Source of the DNA: Eledone cirrhosa
Lineage: Eukaryota
NCBI GenBank assembly: GCA_964016885.1
Contig: OZ024743.1
Coordinates: forward strand, 134,974,001-135,038,000
DNA: 64,000 nt
Reading direction: 5' to 3'
The stretch's first letter is position 1. Each line of letters begins with the position of its first letter. Shown here in pieces: positions 61,551-64,000 of the stretch. The translations under genes were made by a program, and so were the position numbers. The notes under the pieces were generated by a model. It saw nothing but the letters and a program-made list of their open reading frames with translations. It did no database searches and was not told where the DNA came from.

Positions 61551-64000
61551 TTTGGTGATTGGTGCTTGGTGCTTGGTGTTTGGTGCTTGGTGCTTGGTGT
61601 TTGGTGTTTGTCGCTTGGTGCTTGGTGTTTGGTGCTTGGTGTTTGGGGCTTGGTGCTTGGTGTTTGGTGTTTGGTGCTTGGTGTTTGGTGTTTGGTGCTT
61701 GGGGCTTGGTGCTTGGTGTTTGGTGCTTGGTGCTTGGTGTTTGCTGTTTGGTGCTTGATGCTTGGTGTTTGGTGTTTGGTGCTTGGTGTTTGGTGCTTGG
61801 TGCTTGGTGTTTGGTGTTTCCTGTTTGCTGTTTGGTGTTTGCTATTTGGTGTTTGGTGTTTGCTGTTTGGTGTTTGGTGTTTGGTGTTTGCTGTTTGGTG
61901 ATTGGTGTTTGGTGTTTGGTGTTTGGTGCTTGGTGCTTGGTGCTTGGTGCTTGGTGTTTGGTGTTTGGTGCTTGGTGCTAGGTGTTTGGTGTTTGGTGCT
62001 TGGTGCTTGGTGCTTGGTGCTTGGTATCTGGTGCTTGGTGTTTGGTGCTTGGTGTTTGTATTTGGTGCTAGGTGCTTGGTGTTTGATGCTTGGTGATTGG
62101 TGCTTGGTGCTTGGTGCTTGGTGCTTGGTGATTGGTGCTTGGTGTTTGGTGTTTGATGCTTGGTGATTGGTGTTTGGTGTTTGGTGCTTGGTGTTTGCTG
62201 TTTGGCGTTTGGTGTTCGGCGTTTGATGTTTGGCGTTTGCTGTTTGGTGTTTGGTGCTTAATGTTTGCTGGTTCGTGTTTGGTGTTTGGTGTTTGCTGTT
62301 TGGTGTTTGCTGTTTAGTGTTTGGTGCTTGGTGCTTGGTGCTTGGTGTTTGGTCTTTGGCGATTGGTGCTTGGTGTTTGGTGCCTGGTGCTTGGTGTTTG
62401 GTGTTTGGCATTTGGTGTTTTGTACTTGGTGCTTGGTGCTTGGTTTTTGGTGTTTGGTGATTGGTGCTTGGTGCTTGGTGATTGGTTTTTGGTGCTTGGT
62501 GCTTGGTGTTTGGTGCTTGGTGCTTGGGGCTTGGTGTTTGGTGCTTCTTGCTTGGTGCTTGGTGTTTGGTGTTTGGTGCTTGGTGCTTGGTGCTTGGTGC
62601 TTGGTGTTTGGTTCTTGGTGCTTGGTGTTTGGTGTTTGGTGCTTGGTGGCTGGTGTTTTGTGTTTGGTGCTTGGTGTTTGGTGTTTGGTGCTTGGTGCTT
62701 GGTTCCTGGTGCTTGGTGCTTGATGTTTTGTGCTTGGTGCTTGGTGCTTGGTGTTTGGTGTTTGGTGCTTGGTGCTTGGTGCTTTTGCTTGGTGCTTGCT
62801 GTTTGGTGTTTGGTGCTTGGTGCTTGGTGTTTGTTGTTTGGTGTTTGGTGTTTGTTGTTTGGTGTTTGGTGTTTGCTGTTTGGTGTTTGATGTGTGGTGC
62901 TTGGTGCTTGGTGTTTGGTATTTGGTGCTTGGTGCTTGGTGCTTGGTGTTTGGTGCTTGGTGCTTGGTGCTTGGTGTTTGTCACTTGGTGCTAGGTGTTT
63001 GGTGCTTGGTGCTTGGAGCTTTGTGTTTGGTGCTTGGTGCTTGATGCTTGATGTTTCGTGCTTGGTGCTTGGTACTTGGTGTTTGGTGCTTGGTGCTTGG
63101 TGTTTGGTGTTTGGTGTTTGGTGCTTGGTGCTTGGTGCTTGGTGTTTGGTGTTTGGTGTTTGGTGCTTGTTACTTGGTGTTTTGTGTTTGGTGTTTGGTG
63201 CTTGGTGCTTGGTGTTTGGTGCTTGGTGCTTGATGCTTGGTGCTTGGTGTTTGGTGTTTAGTGCTTGATGCTTGGTATTTGGTGTTTGGTGCTTGGTGCT
63301 TGGTGTTTGGTGTTTGGTGCTTGGTGCTTGGTGTTTGGTCTTTGGCGCTTGGTGCTTGGTGTTTGGTGCTTGGTGCTTTGTGCTTGGTGCTTGGTTTTTG
63401 GTGTTTGGTGCTTGGTGCTTGGTGTTTGGTGTTTGTTGATTGGTGCTTGGCGTTTGGTGCTTGGGGTTTGGTGCTTGGTGCTTGATGTTTGGTGTTTGGT
63501 GTTTGGTGCTTGGTGCTTGGTGTTTGGTGTTTAGTGCTTGGTGCTTGGTTCTTGGTGTTTGGTGCTTGGTGAATGGTGTTTGGTGTTTGGTGCTTGGTGC
63601 TTGGTGTTTGGTGCTTGATGTTTCGTGCTTGGTGTTTGGTGATTGGTGCTTGGTGCTTGGTGCTTGGTGTTTGGTGCTTCATGCTTGGTGCTTTGTGTTT
63701 GGTGTTTAGTGCTTGGTGCTTGGTGTTTGGTGTTTGGTGCTTGGTGCTTGGTGCTTGGTGATTGGTGCTTGGTGTTTGGTGTTTGGTGCTTGGTGATTGG
63801 TGTTTGGTGCTCGGTGCTTGGTGTTTGGTGTTTGGTGTTTGCTGTTTGGTGTTTGGTGTTTTCTGTTTGGTGTTTGGTGTTTGCTGTTTGGTGTTTGGTG
63901 TTTGCTGTTTGGTGTTTGCTGTTTGTGTTTGCTGTTTGGTGCTTGGTGCTTGGTGCTTGGTGTTTGTTCCTTGGTGCTTGGTGCTTGGTGCCTGGTGTTT

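Larger units (their letters stand above)
6858..64000 (+). repeat. 7-bp satellite array, right arm; (CTTGGTG/TTTGGTG)n with TTTGCTG variants; about 8,160 monomers, runs off the window end
   Basis: Uninterrupted ttggtgc/ttggtgt units from 6858 to 64000. The + strand is almost A-free and I saw no unique-sequence interruption. Confidence 0.98.

Noticed and set aside
6862-63761. Hundreds of hydrophobic VLGAWCL-repeat ORFs resembling membrane proteins
   Set aside because: These are translations of the G-rich strand in all three frames and are purely a consequence of the 7-bp period.
6858-64000. G-quadruplex-forming array
   Set aside because: Only GG doublets with 5-nt loops and isolated GGGG variants are present. 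There is no canonical G3 x4 motif, so at most weak two-tier structures, which the sequence alone cannot support.
1-64000. C/T alternation as an information-bearing code, or synthetic sequence
   Set aside because: The order is explained by nested duplications with accumulated point variants, as expected for natural satellite evolution. I saw no framing or other independent evidence of a code.
1-64000. Assignment as functional centromere or to a specific organism
   Set aside because: No flanking unique sequence or diagnostic motif is present. It would need chromatin and assembly-context data.

Overview
The whole 64-kb window is one simple-sequence satellite array built from a 7-bp monomer, YTTGGTG (CTTGGTG and TTTGGTG mixed, with TTTGCTG the main minor variant). 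I see no unique DNA, gene, RNA gene, transposon or CRISPR array. The array reads as CACCAAR on the + strand for 1-6857 and then flips, with no spacer, to YTTGGTG for 6858-64000. All listed ORFs are translation artefacts of a stop-free heptamer (VLGAWCL on one strand, KHQAPST on the other). The informative structure is in the rare variants. They show (i) a non-mirror inversion junction, (ii) nested higher-order duplications from about 0.1 to 7.8 kb plus a match at about 24 kb, (iii) distinct variant domains with a stepwise change in one landmark motif, and (iv) copy-to-copy length changes that are mostly whole monomers. This most resembles eukaryotic heterochromatic, centromeric or subtelomeric satellite, but organism and function cannot be determined from the sequence. 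Block boundaries and offsets were read by eye from marker variants and from matching ORF-track coordinates, so block edges are approximate.
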